Part shown: piece after piece, positions 13,568 through 25,427 of the stretch
Layout of the letters: each line of letters begins with the position of its first letter
Position numbering within the stretch: position 1 is the stretch's first letter
Assembly (NCBI RefSeq): GCF_022045235.1
Contig: NW_027266330.1
Coordinates: 12,710,001-12,774,000, forward strand
DNA length: 64,000 nucleotides
From: Haliotis cracherodii
Taxonomy: Eukaryota
Reading direction: 5' to 3'
Notes under the pieces: model-generated
The model's input: only the letters and a program-made list of their open reading frames with translations
Told to the model about the DNA's origin: nothing
The model's database searches: none
Program-made: the position numbers and the translations under genes

Positions 13568-14597
13568 GTTTAAGGTCGCTTGGAACAGCATTTCAGTTAT
13601 TGGGCGCTCAGAAAATTGCCCATGGGGGTGGGTCTTAAAATCATACACAATAAACTAAGAAAACAAAATAAGGTAGATGAAACCAATTCTTTTGCAATTA
13701 CAGGCCCCTTAATTAGCTGACTGAGAAGATTTTTCAGACGATAACCTGGATATAGCAATCACATTGTCTTCCCATTGCTCCTGTGCTCTGCATCTACTCA
13801 TATCAATCATCCATGTAATTTGAAATACTATCTCCTTCACAACTAACAATACATTTTATGTAAATATGACTGACAGATTTGCAGAAATATCAGTAAATGC
13901 TAACAATTTACCTCTCAGAACAAAAGCCTTTCCCTGACTACTAATAACATATATTTTTCTGCTGCAAATAGTTTTGTAGCTCATTTTCTTGACATATTGT
14001 TTTTCGCTAGACAACTATCTTCAGACATGTCTTATTAGGAAGGGGCCATGAGTGATGTTTGCGGAATGCAAGACAGGTATAAACTCAATAATCATGTTCA
14101 TGTGATATCACCTGACAGGCCAACGGCGCCATCGTTGTCATTGGTTAAATTCATAAGGAACATAATTGAATCTTGGTATCATCTAAATTCATGAAATTCT
14201 AAAACCTTTCCAAAGTTCACCATTTATTTCACCTTTACTTGATGCGTTAACATTCAATGAAAAAAACAAAAACTTCCATATGTGGATATTTGTTACGAAT
14301 TAGATTTTGAAAGGATGAAAAATTATTTTTTTCAAAACTGCAATAATTGGTAAAAATGATTTTTAGGTAGAAGCTGCATTGCAATTGTAAAAATATTCAA
14401 ACACAAACAAGTTTCATTTAAAAAAAACCCACTTAAATTAATAACATTATTCTGGCCTGACTTCATGTTTTAATTTGCCATCAGATTAACATTTACTGTA
14501 CTAAGTGTCAATGCAGCAGTCAGTACATCAAAATGGGTCACTTAACATGGCGAAAGCAGGACCTTCTTTCCACATAGTTTACACATAGAAGAACTTC

Positions 14598-14643
14598 AGC
14601 ATGGGTTGCTGAAGACCTATTCCACCCCGGACCTTCACGGATC
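14598..14643 (-). mobile_element. SINE family A head only
   Basis: Minus strand gatccgtgaaggtccggggtggaataggtcttcagcaacccatgctg. Confidence 0.8.
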
Positions 14644-14839
14644 GACATAGTACTGCAATAGATCGTACATGTAGAATGTAGAAGTACATGTATTGCCAAC
14701 TACATAGATGTCCTTGCATTACAGAGCATGATGAGAAAGCTACCCGTGTCAAGTAATGGGAGTCGTGGTGACCTCAGCTGCAGCTCCAACAGGACTGGAA
14801 TCTCCAACTGTTTCCATCAGGGCAACCAGGACCCATGGA

Positions 14840-15359
14840 CGGGCCTCAAAGTTTCAATTGGCTACAAGCATTATTTTTTGCAGGAAGCCAGTGGTAAAAT
14901 CAAGCCAATATTGTAGGTAGCCAAAAGATTTGAAATGATCTTTTATCATAATTATGTACATGTTATAGCACCAGTCTTGGAATTGTATATTAGTGAAAAC
15001 TGTGCTTGATTTTTATTACTTGTGAATTGAACAATGATACAATCTATGTTACTAGATTACATAGGTATAGCCTTGCTTATCCAATGTCGACTAGAATATG
15101 TACTAATTACATTAATATTTATGTATTTCAGTTCATTGTCGACTTTAGGAGGAATTATTTGCGATTACAATTCTTAGCAGACATGTTTTTCAAGATCAGG
15201 TATTATTTTTTTTTGAGTCTACAGATGTGTAGCAATAGAACTTGGTCGCCACGAGATATTTTTCAAGGTAGTCCTTTGGCTACCTCTGAATTTTAGACAG
15301 TAGACTAACTGGAATTTAGGTCGCATTGGCGGCCATTTTAGTTGCAACTTTGAGGCCTG
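14840..15359. mobile_element. MITE with about 20-bp TIRs
   Basis: cgggcctcaaagtttcaatt ... agttgcaactttgaggcctg, flanked by atgga direct repeat. Confidence 0.8.
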
Positions 15360-15416
15360 ATGGACATGCAGGCTTCATGTCCAACACTGTTTACACCTCG
15401 CCAAGTTCAGAAGACG

Positions 15417-15836
15417 CAGCGATAGAAACTAACAGTCTTAGTCTACTAGTCCTCATAATGATAACATACAGTGAAACCCTTGTACCGTGACAATTGCTGC
15501 TAGTCCTTATGATACCTTAACTATTAGGCAATGTGGTAAGGACTACAGGACTAGTGCCAGGTTCTAACGGTGAGGTGAGGTGAGGTGAAATGGGGTTTAA
15601 CGTCGCGTCTAAGATTATTGCACTTATATAGCAACGTGCATGTACGTGTATGTGTGTGTGTGGCTGCTTGTACTAGTCTGGACTGATGCCGATTTATAGT
15701 GCTAGCACACTGAGATACCATGCTGCAGTTTAACATGAATACCCCGCTCAGACACAGTATACTGACTCCGAGCCGACCAGTCCTTGTTTTAGCCCCTTAA
15801 TGCCGAGCGCCAGACAGGGTACAGTTTCTAAGGCTG
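15417..15836 (+). mobile_element. MITE family E
   Basis: cagcgatagaaactaacag...ggactacaggactagtgcc...tttctaaggctg. Homologous to 52718-52866 and 57828-58217. Confidence 0.75.
15570..15820 (-). mobile_element. SINE family D, 5'-truncated, inserted in the end of MITE E
   Basis: D body and tail. Flanked by cag(g/t)ttctaa. Confidence 0.88.
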
Positions 15837-16674
15837 AGATGCAGGGGAAGATGAATGGGGAGTTCTTAAGAAACCAGAGGTATCTCTGATGATTGTCTCA
15901 TGCACCTATTTCAACAAAAACACCTAAAAAAACAATCAATGGGATGGTAGTTGGTTTTTGCATCTGACGTGTAACTTTTGAAGTGCTCCCTTATATCTGT
16001 TGGCTTTGGAGAAGATTATTTACATCACCTACATGAAAATGGTTGAAATGTTTTTATTTATAAAATAAAAAATTGTTTCTCCCATTAAAAAATATTTCTT
16101 CCTAACCTTTTTGAAAAAGAAAAACATTATAAAGCTATATCAAAATTAATAATCCATGTTATTCAACAAATCAGTCTAAAATAACATCTATTGCTTAATA
16201 ATCACTTATCAAAATTACAAAATCATGATTCAGAACATTCTATCAATTAATCTTTATTTTCACATTGAAATATAATTCACACATAAAAAGTCCTTTTCCA
16301 TCAATACCCACTTACGAGCAGGATAGAACATGAAAAAAAAGGTTGACACAATGGAAATATAAACGTGCCATAATCAATACAAACAGTTTGTACGAATCTT
16401 AAAATCTTCAGAATTCTATTAAGGCTTTTTTGCTGCAGGAAACGCACAGAAGAAAGCAAGTTTAATCCATTTGGAACTAACCTTTAACTAACGCTTCTAA
16501 CAGTTAATCAATCACACAGAAATGTTTACTGCCACCTAGTAATTAAACGGTACCCAAGGAAGGGGCGCCACATCACCGTTTTATGTCGACTAAGCATAAA
16601 CGTGTCAACATTGACATGCACACCCTCAACATGAAACCAAGTAGAGAAAGACATCCCCATTACAAACAGACCAG

Positions 16675-17033
16675 TTAGTGCAGCAGTATGCTGGTGTTAT
16701 TTAATGCTAAACAAAATTATAGTCTATTTATAACATGTGCAGCAGCATTTTGATGTTATTTAATGCTTAACAAAATAATAGTCCATTTATAACATGTGCA
16801 GCAGCATTTTGATGTTATTTAATGCTTAACAATATAATAGTCCATTTATAACATGTGCAGCAGCATTTTGATGTTATTTAATGCTTAACAATATAATAGT
16901 CCATTTATAACATGTGCAGCAGCATTTTGATGTTATTTAATGCTAAAAAAAATTATAGTCTATTTATAACATGTGCAGCAGCATTTTGATGTTATTTAAT
17001 GCTTAACAATATAATAGTCCATTTATAACATGT
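16675..17033. repeat. Minisatellite, about 59-bp unit, 6 copies
   Basis: acatgtgcagcagcattttgatgttatttaatgcttaacaatataatagtccatttata. Confidence 0.95.
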
Positions 17034-17700
17034 TTATCTCGATGCAATATGACATGGTCAAAACGCACATGGGAAGTTTATGGAGATAGGCTTGTCGGAA
17101 GAGATGAGTTTTGAGAAGTGCCTTGAACATAGAGGTGGAAAGGGGTTTAACATCCTGTCTTATTGCACTTATATAGCGACGTGAATGTACGTGTGTGTGT
17201 TTGTTTGGCTGCTTGTACTAATCAGGACTGATGCAGATTTACAGTGCTAGCTCACTGAGATACCATGCCGCAGTTTAACATGAATACCCCACTCAGACAC
17301 AGTGTACTGACTCCGAGCCGACCAGTCCTTGTTTTAGCCCCTTAATGCTGAGCGCCAGACAGGGTAACAACAAGTACCATCTTTAAACGTCTTTTGATAT
17401 GACGCGGCCGGGCATCGAACCCCAGACATTCCGACGGCCGCTCTACCACAAGACCATGGAGGCGGTCCCTTGAACATAGAGTAGACAGGACAGGTTCAAG
17501 TTCAAATGGGAGCTGGTTCAATGTTACTGTTGCTGCACTTTTCTCCATAGCATCTGGACTTCACAAGAGGGACAGTCAGCAGGAGATTCATAAGGGGGAA
17601 GTGATATGGCCGGAATGTGTGAAATCATCAAGTCTCACAGGTAATCTGGGCACTACTGATACACTGCTGGTTGATGCACAGGGTCTTGTATGTGATCCAG
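17020..17700 (-). mobile_element. L2/CR1-group LINE 3' fragment (ORF2 C-terminus plus 3' UTR) interrupted by a D SINE
   Basis: Removing the SINE gives decayed ...ITYKTL...LLTVP...NQLPFEL...MFKALLKTHLFRQAY, a typical L2/CR1 ORF2 end. 3' end tataaatggactatta. Confidence 0.75.
17135..17467 (-). mobile_element. SINE family D (tRNA head plus MetaSINE/MESC/RUDI-type core), 14-bp TSD
   Basis: Core cgcgtcatatcaaaagacgtttaaagatggtacttgttgttaccctgtctggcgctcagcattaagggg resembles the Meta domain. TSD ccttgaacatagag at 17121-17134 and 17468-17481. Confidence 0.9.
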
Positions 17701-18225
17701 GAGTCCCAGGCATGGTCAGGTTTTATGTGTCAAGCTGTTTAATACACAGTCCACAGTCACCACTCTGGGCTATCTGACATCAGGAGTTCTAGGCATGGTC
17801 AGGTTTTATGTGTCAAGCTGTTTAATCCACAGTCCCCAGTCACCACTCTGGGCTATCTGACATCAGGAGTTCTAGGCATGGTCAGATTTTATGTGTCAAG
17901 CTGTTTAATACACAGTCCACAGTCACCACTCTGGGCTATCTGACATCAGGAGTTCTAGGCATGGTCAGGTTTTATGTCTCAAGCTGTTTAATCCACAGTC
18001 CCCAGTCACCACTCTGGGCTATCTGACATCAGGAGTTCTAGGCATGGTCAGGTTTTATGTGTCTAGCTGTTGAAACACCACAGTCCCCAGTCACCACTCT
18101 GGGCTATCTGACATCAGGAGTTCTAGGCATGGTCAGATTTTATGTGTCAAGCTGTTTAATCCACAGTCCACAGTCACCACTCTGGGCTATCTGACATCAG
18201 GAGTTCTAGGCATGGTCAGGTTTTA
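17698..18225. repeat. Minisatellite, 83-bp unit, about 6 copies
   Basis: caggagttctaggcatggtcaggttttatgtgtcaagctgtttaatccacagtccccagtcaccactctgggctatctgacat. Confidence 0.95.
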
Positions 18226-18747
18226 AAGTATTGACTTGCAGACTAATAGATTGCAACTCACTTTAAATGTCTAGAGGGCAAAAATTACCTCTTTACAAAC
18301 TTGTGTCTGGAACGTGGATGTCACCAATGATGTAATCAACCTTTGAGCTCTCACAAATTCCAAACGATTCCTCCCCATGCATAAAAAAATCACTCCTAAA
18401 CCATTTACAGATTCTTCGAATCCACCATTCCAAGATTAATCTGAGATTAATTTTTCCCCATTTCCTAGTTCCTGCTCAACCTCCACCAGCTTCAGCTCCA
18501 TTCTTCCCCTCCAAATCCCATAAATATCAATATTTTCCTCAACAAGCGACAAATGTGAGATTCATTCAAAAGCAATGGCCCACTAACCCAGCTCGACTAA
18601 ACCAATCTTGTCTGGTCTGACCTCCTCTATACAATTATTGGCTGTGTGACAGATCCATTGCTATGATGGAACCCTGCTTGTAGAGGCATCACTTGTACTT
18701 ATGCTCTGCTGGTTAAGTGGCAAGCTGAAGAGTCTGTCATGTTGGAG

Positions 18748-18915
18748 GAGTGAGTGAGTGAGTATGGTTTTATGCCGCTTTTAGCAATATTCCAGTAATA
18801 TGATGGCGGGGTACACCCGAAATGGGCTTCACTCATTGTACCCATGTCGGGAATTGAACCCGGGTCTTCGGCATGACGAGTGAACGCTTTAACCATTAGA
18901 CTACCCGACCGCCCC
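18748..18915 (-). mobile_element. SINE family B, 11-bp TSD
   Basis: TSD tcatgttggag at 18737-18747 and 18916-18926. Confidence 0.93.
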
Positions 18916-18970
18916 TCATGTTGGAGAATGACCTGGTGGATGACCTGGTGGATGACCTGGTTGAGGGCCT

Positions 18971-19138
18971 GAGTGAGTGAGTGAGTATGGCTTTACACCG
19001 CTCTTAGCAATATTCCAGCAATATCACGGCGGGGGACACCCGAAATGGGCTTCACTCATTGTACCCACGTCGGGAATCGAACCCAGGTCTTCGGCGTGAC
19101 GAGCGAATGCTTTAACCACAAGGCTATCCGACCGCCCC
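18971..19138 (-). mobile_element. SINE family B
   Basis: Second copy about 55 bp from the previous one. Confidence 0.92.
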
Positions 19139-19363
19139 GGTGGATGACCTGAAGTGACTCAGGTCACAGGCATTTACCATCTGGGTCCCCAGTGTTTTCC
19201 TAGTGGCAGAAAATGTCGGGCCAATAAAAAATGGGCCTGGTAATTTTTTACCACAAAAAAAAAATCAAGCAAGAAAAGTGTCAGTCCTATTACTGAGCCA
19301 GTGTCTGAAAAGGATAAGACAGGCGGACCAATCTTAGTTGTTGAAAAAAATGAAAATAAAAAA

Positions 19364-19586
19364 TGGCTATATGGCAGCAGTCTGTAAAAAATCGAGTCTG
19401 GACCAGACAATCTAGTGATTGACATCATGAGCATCAATCTATGCAATTGGGATACAATGACACATCAACCAAGGCAGCAGGCCTGATCCACTGATCCCAT
19501 TAGTCGTTTCTTAACAACAAGCATAGTTGCCTTTTACTTTTAGCATTAGTTGCTGAAGACTATTTCTAACCCGGAATCTTCACGGA
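19364..19586 (-). mobile_element. SINE family A
   Basis: Similarity to family A consensus. Confidence 0.88.
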
Positions 19587-19968
19587 ATGAACTGTCGTTC
19601 CACGATGATTCTTTGCACACAGATGTTTACCCGCTGTGTTCATTCTAGTTTCAGAATAAGTTTGGCCCTTGACAAAATTAAAAACAAAGTATCAGTCCGT
19701 CTTCAACAAGTTTCAGGTTAGAGACATTAACCACTCCTGTAAAACCCAGGTGCAGGGAATTGAGCCAGGCTGACTCTGGGATTTGCACCCACATCCTGCA
19801 GATGCTGGCACAACAAAGGGACACAACTCTGCACAGTGAGCCCTAAAACACTGGGTAGGAATGTACACATCATAATGTACAAAATGTCAATGTGTGGACT
19901 TATGTGAAGGTGTTGTATCATGTGTGCATGGGTATCTAGATCTGATTACAACCAAAGCTGCCACTTAC

Positions 19969-20016
19969 CCTCTCCAGTGCAATTTCCTCTGCCTCCCAGT
20001 CACCTTCGCCATTGGT
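19969..20016 (-). CDS. dlg1: dlg1 48-nt exon immediately preceding PDZ1
   Basis: Acceptor tttcatcttgatgtttcag, donor gtaagt. Translates TNGEGDWEAEEIALER, like DLG (V)NG...YEEITLER. Joins in phase 0 to GTTGLGF. Confidence 0.93.
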
Positions 20017-20060
20017 CTGAAACATCAAGATGAAACTAATAATACAAATGTCATCACATG

Positions 20061-20110
20061 TGAGTGAGTGAGTGAGTGAGTGAGTGAGTGAGTGAGTGAG
20101 TGAGTGAGTG
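20061..20110. repeat. (GAGT)n microsatellite about 45 bp upstream of a dlg1 acceptor
   Basis: Perfect run. Confidence 0.98.
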
Positions 20111-20792
20111 GGGTTTAGTGCTGCCTTAAACAGCTTTTCAGTGTCAGATTAAGTAGGATGAAACCTGAATATATAACATCAATGACAGAGAATAGCAAGT
20201 CTTGGTTGTCTTCTTAAACAGATTCCATTCAACGTAAAAGTCAAAATAGAGGTGAAAATTATATGAATGGATCACTGAAAATCAGTGACGGCACCAGGTG
20301 TTTGGGAAAAAGGGTAAGCATGTCCTGCCTGCTGGTGATGCTGATGCAAGACATTTACCACTTTGGTAATCCCTCAGGCAATTGTACATAAATATATGGC
20401 TGTGACTAAGTTCTAATTTACCGAGTGAGTGAGTTGAGCTCTATGCCTTTTATTTTGTTATATCTAAGCATATCATCTAAATGTCTCTTCAAAGCCAGGA
20501 ATGATGCAGATTGTAAAGGTATGTTATTCTGAAGACAGCCATGTGCTACGGCCCAGTGCTGACAGGCCAAGGGTCATAACTGGGGCAAATTTGTGTGACT
20601 TCTCAGATTGCTAGATCACCCATGCCCCTTTAACTCAAACTGACAGGGAAATATTTTCAGGAATTGACACTTGTAACGAGTCCAAAACTGGTGAACCATA
20701 CAGATGCCATCATCTCCACCCTTGGGTTGGACAGAAGCATAAAAGTACAAAGAATGATGGATTATCTCCCCTTATCCAATGACAGCCAATCA

Positions 20793-20995
20793 AATGCCAC
20801 TTAGCAATATTCCAGCTGTATGACGATGGTCTGTAAATAATCGAGTATGGACCAGACAATCCAGTGATTCATCTTGTGAACAACGATCAGGGTATGATGC
20901 CAGACTGATAACCAACTTACCAAGCCTGACCCCCGGATCTATTTGGTTGCCTCTCACAACCAGCACAGGTTGCTGGGAACTATTTAAACTGGGAA
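20793..20995 (-). mobile_element. Diverged family A variant whose head is tandemly amplified
   Basis: Family A tail and body, running into the 53-bp array. Confidence 0.75.
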
Positions 20996-21400
20996 TCCCC
21001 ATGGCGTACAACCACTACAGGTTGCTGGGGAACTATTTAAACTGGGAATCCCCATGGCGTACAACCAGCACAGGTTGCTGGGGAACTATTTAAACTGGGA
21101 ATCCCCATGGCGTACAACCAGCACAGGTTGCTGGGGAACTATTTAAACTGGGAATCCCCATGGCGTACAACCACTACAGGTTGCTGGGGAACTATTTAAA
21201 CTGGGAATCCCCATGGCGTACAACCACTACAGGTTGCTGGGGAACTATTCTATCCTGGAATCCCCATGGCGTACAACCAGCACAGGTTGCTGGTGAACTA
21301 TTCTATCAAGGAATCCCCATGGGTACAAACAGCACAGGCTGCTGGGGAACTATTTTAACCGGGAATCCCCATGGCGTACAACCAGCACAGGTTGCTGGGT
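20955..21400. repeat. Minisatellite, about 53-bp unit, about 8 copies, derived from a family A variant head
   Basis: gggaatccccatggcgtacaaccagcacaggttgctggggaactatttaaact. Confidence 0.93.
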
Positions 21401-21665
21401 TGGTTGGTAGGTTTGTTGTTTAACGCTGCACTCACCAATATTCCAGCTATATGACAGGGGTCTGTAAACAATCGAGTCTGGACCAGAAAAAACAGTGATT
21501 AATATCATGAGCATCTATCCATGCAAATAGGATCGATGACATGCATCAACCAATTTAAGTCAGCAAGCCTGACCACCCGATCCCGTTAGTCGCCTTTTAC
21601 AACAAGCAGAGTCGCCTTTTACGGCAAGCATGGGCACCTATTCTATCCCGGAATACCCCTAGGTC
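21399..21665 (-). mobile_element. SINE family A
   Basis: Similarity to family A consensus. Confidence 0.88.
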
Positions 21666-22001
21666 CCAAACTTTGTGGCATCCACAGAGTATTGATACCA
21701 TCTCCAACTGACACACCATGTCACATAATGGGATCAAACACTCGAAAATCTTTGCATCAAGGGGACACAACTCTGCACAGCAAGCATAGCGTACACATTA
21801 CACATGGAAATAGTGATTATTCCTGGTTGTATCTGTGTTAAATATCCTGGAATTTTAGGTCCAAGTTGGTTGATTTAATCCTATGGTTGTTGTTGTACCA
21901 GAATATGCTGGCCATCCAACATACATGTGAAATTATCTGATTGTTTGTTGTTTGTTGTTTAATGCTGCAATCAGCAATATTCCAGCTATATGACGGCTGT
22001 A

Positions 22002-22943
22002 AACAAATATGTGAAACACAAGAGCCCCATTGTTAAACAAACATGTGAAACACAAGAGCCCCATTGTTGAACAAACATGTGAATCACAAGAGACCTATTG
22101 TTAAACAAACATGTGAAACACAAGAGCCTCATGGTTAAACAAACATGTGAATCACAAGAGACCTATTGTTAAACAAACATGTGAAACACAAGAGCCTCAT
22201 GGTTAAACAAACATGTGAATCACAAGAGACCTATTGTTGAACAAACATGTTAATCACAAGCGACCATTACTAAACAAACATGTGAATCACAAGAGACCTA
22301 TTGTTGAACAAACATGTGAATCACCAGAGCCCCATTGTTAATCAAACATGCTAATCACAAGAGACCATTACTAAACAAACGTGAATCACCAGGAGACCCA
22401 TTGTTGAACAAACATGTGAATCACAAGAGCCCCATTGTTGAACAAACATGTGAATCACAAGAGCCCCATTGTTGAACAAACATGTGAATCACAAGAGCCC
22501 CATTGTTGAACAAACATGTGAGTCACAAGAGCCCTATTGTTAAACAAACATGTGAATCACAAGAGGCCCATTGTTGAACAAACATGTGAATCACAAGAGC
22601 CCCAGTGTTGAACAAACATGTGAATCACAAGAGCCCCATTGTTGAACAAACATGTGAGTCACAAGAGCCCTATTGTTAAACAAACATGTGAATCACAAGA
22701 GGCCCATTGTTGAACAAACATGTGAATCACAAGAGCCCCGTTGTTGAACAAACATGTGAATCACAAGAGCCCCAGTGTTAAACAAACATGTGAATCACAT
22801 GAGGACCATTGTTAAACAAACATGTGAATCACCAGAGCCCCATTGTTGAACAAACATGTGAGTCACAAGAGGCCAATGTTTAACAAACATGAGTCACAAG
22901 AGGCCCATTGTTGAACAAACATGTTAATCACAAGAGGCCCAAT
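22002..22943. repeat. Minisatellite, about 34-bp unit, about 28 copies
   Basis: aacaaacatgtgaatcacaagagccccattgttg. Confidence 0.96.
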
Positions 22944-23556
22944 CATAAGGGACTGGATGATCAACTCTGACCACTAGGTGCCTCCTAAGATCAACACAAA
23001 AGGAACAATACACTATCACCAACAATCGCCATCCTTGCTAACACAACAAACACGAAGAAGGCCACACAAAAACCACCTGAGACCTGAGGTCATTAATTTC
23101 CTACATATAGGTCCACCTCTGTGGTACACTCATCTCCAGAGACACATTATCCGCAGCGAGGGAAATCACCTCTCTCTTCCTTCTTTCAGTCAAACGAGAC
23201 TTTCAGTAAATCTATTCATATCAAACATCAAGAATTGATGGCATGGCAAATTCATCACTGTTTAACATTCATGCAGAATTCTATGCGCCTTTGTAAGGGA
23301 ATATTGCGTGGAAGGGCTTCATCAGTCACGGAGAATCCCGCCGTGCAGTCGTTGTGGAGATTGTGGCCATGCAGGGTCTGGTGTCTGACTTGTCATCTGG
23401 ACCAACTGGGACCTGGAGAGGCGCGTTACGCAAGATGCATGGGTTTAGTGATGGTACTTGCAGGACACCTCACAGTACGAACGCCAAACAGGCTTGGTGT
23501 TGAATCGTGTGTTCATGTGTGTGTGTGTGTTGTGCGTGCATGTGTGCGTGTGTGCA

Positions 23557-24310
23557 TGAGTGAGTGAGTGAGTGAGTGAGAGGGTGGTAGGTGTGTGAGT
23601 GAGTAGTGATTGAGTGAGTGAAAGGGTGGGAGGTGGGTCGCCTCAAACAGCTTTTTAGGAAAGCCGAAAGTGAGTGAGTGAGTGAGTGAGTGAGTAGTGA
23701 GTGAGTGAGTAGTGAGTGAGTGAGTGAGTGAGTGTGTGAGTGAGTGAGTGGTAGGTGTGTGAGTGAGTGAGTGAGTGAAAGGGTGGGAGGTGGGTCACCT
23801 CAAACAGCTTTTTAGGAAAGCCAAAAGTAGTGAGTGAGTGAGTGAGTGAGTGAGTGAGTGAGTAGTGAGTAGTGAGTGAGTGAGTGAGTGAGAGGGTGGT
23901 AGGTGTGTGAGTGAGTAGTGATTGAGTGAGTGAAAGGGTGGGAGGTGGGTCGCCTCAAACAGCTTTTTAGGAAAGCCGAAAGTAGTGAGTGAGTGAGTGA
24001 GTGAGTGAGTGAGTGAGTAGTGAGTGAGTGAGTGAGTGAGTGAGAGGGTGGTAGGTGTGTGAGTGAGTAGTGATTGAGTGAGTGAAAGGGTGGGAGGTGG
24101 GTCGCCTCAAACGGCTTTTTAGGAAAGCCGAAAGTGAGTGAGTGCATTAGTGAGTGAGTGCATTAGTGAGTGAGTGTCTTTAAGTCGCCTCAAATACCTT
24201 TTAAGGAAAGCCTAGAATGATCGTGTGTGCATGAGTGAGTGAGTGAGTGAGTGAGTGAGTGAGTGAGTGAGTGTCTTAAAGTCGCCTCAAACACCTTTTA
24301 AGGAAAGCAT
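23557..24310. repeat. Compound (GAGT)n with higher-order repeat units
   Basis: gaaagggtgggaggtgggtcgcctcaaacagctttttaggaaagcc recurs 4 times inside GAGT runs. Confidence 0.93.
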
Positions 24311-24631
24311 AAGAGTGATGCTGAGCCAAGACGTTTACCACTTTGGTGATCCCCTGATCAATTGTTTATCCAAATGGCTGTGACTTAAGTTCAAATTTAT
24401 CTAGTGTGTGAGTTGGGTTTAAATGTAGTCTTGAACAGTATACAGTTACATCTCAGCATGGCAGCTTAATGTGGGAGGAAAGCTCTATGTGATCCAGGTC
24501 TTCCATGTTTACCACTTGGGTGAAAACTACGAGCATGGGTATTACTCCAAGTACTAAAGGTGATGATGGCATGAGCAACAGCCAAGGCTGTCAACAGAGT
24601 GTGTGATTCAATCCCAGCCAGCCTTGCATGA

Positions 24632-25400
24632 GTTTGTTTGTTTGTTGTTTAACGCTGCACTCAGCAATATCCCAGCCATGTGACTGGGGTCTGTAACTTA
24701 TCAAGTCAGGACCAGACAATCCAGTGACTGATACCATGAAAATCGATACATGCAATTGGGTTGGTTGGTTTGTTGTTTAACGCTGCACTCAGCAATATCC
24801 CAGCTATATGACTGTGGTCTGTAAATTATTGAGTCAGGACCAGACAATCCAGTGACTGAGACCATGAGCATCGATACATGCAATTGGGTTGGTTGGTTTG
24901 TTGTTTAACACTGCACTCAGCAATATCCCAGCTATATGACTGTGGTCTGTAAATTATTGAGTCAGGACCAGACAATCCAGTGACTGAGACCATGAGCATC
25001 CATACATGCAATTGGGTTGGTTGGTTGGTTGGTTGGTTGGTTTGTTGTTTAACGCTGCACTCAGCAATATCCCAGCTATATGACTATGGTCTGTAAATTA
25101 TCGAGTCAGGACCAGACAATCCAGTGACTGAGACCATGAGCATCGATCCTTGCAATTGGGATACGATGACATGCATCAACAAAGTGAGCGAGCCTGACCC
25201 CCCATTCCAGTTAGTCACCTCTTACGACAAGCATAGTCACCTGTTAGTGTTACGACAAGCATGGGTTGCTGAAGACCTATTCTAACCCTGATCTTCACAG
25301 GTGAGTCAAGCATGGGTTGCTGAAGACCTATTCTAACCCTGATCTTCACAGGTGAGTCAAGCATGGGTTGCTGAAGACCTATTCTAACCCTGATCTCAGG
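24632..25400 (-). mobile_element. SINE family A with about 4 tandem tail units (about 125 bp) and 3 tandem head units (about 51 bp)
   Basis: Repeated ttgtttaacgctgcactcagcaatatcccagc...atgcaattggg units, then caagcatgggttgctgaagacctattctaaccctgatct x3. Confidence 0.9.
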
Positions 25401-25427
25401 TCCCTTGTATGAGACACAGGCTGTTGA

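Noticed and set aside
22002-22943. CRISPR-like regular repeats (also 33273-33538)
   Set aside because: Units are contiguous with no unique spacers. Eukaryotic context, no cas genes.
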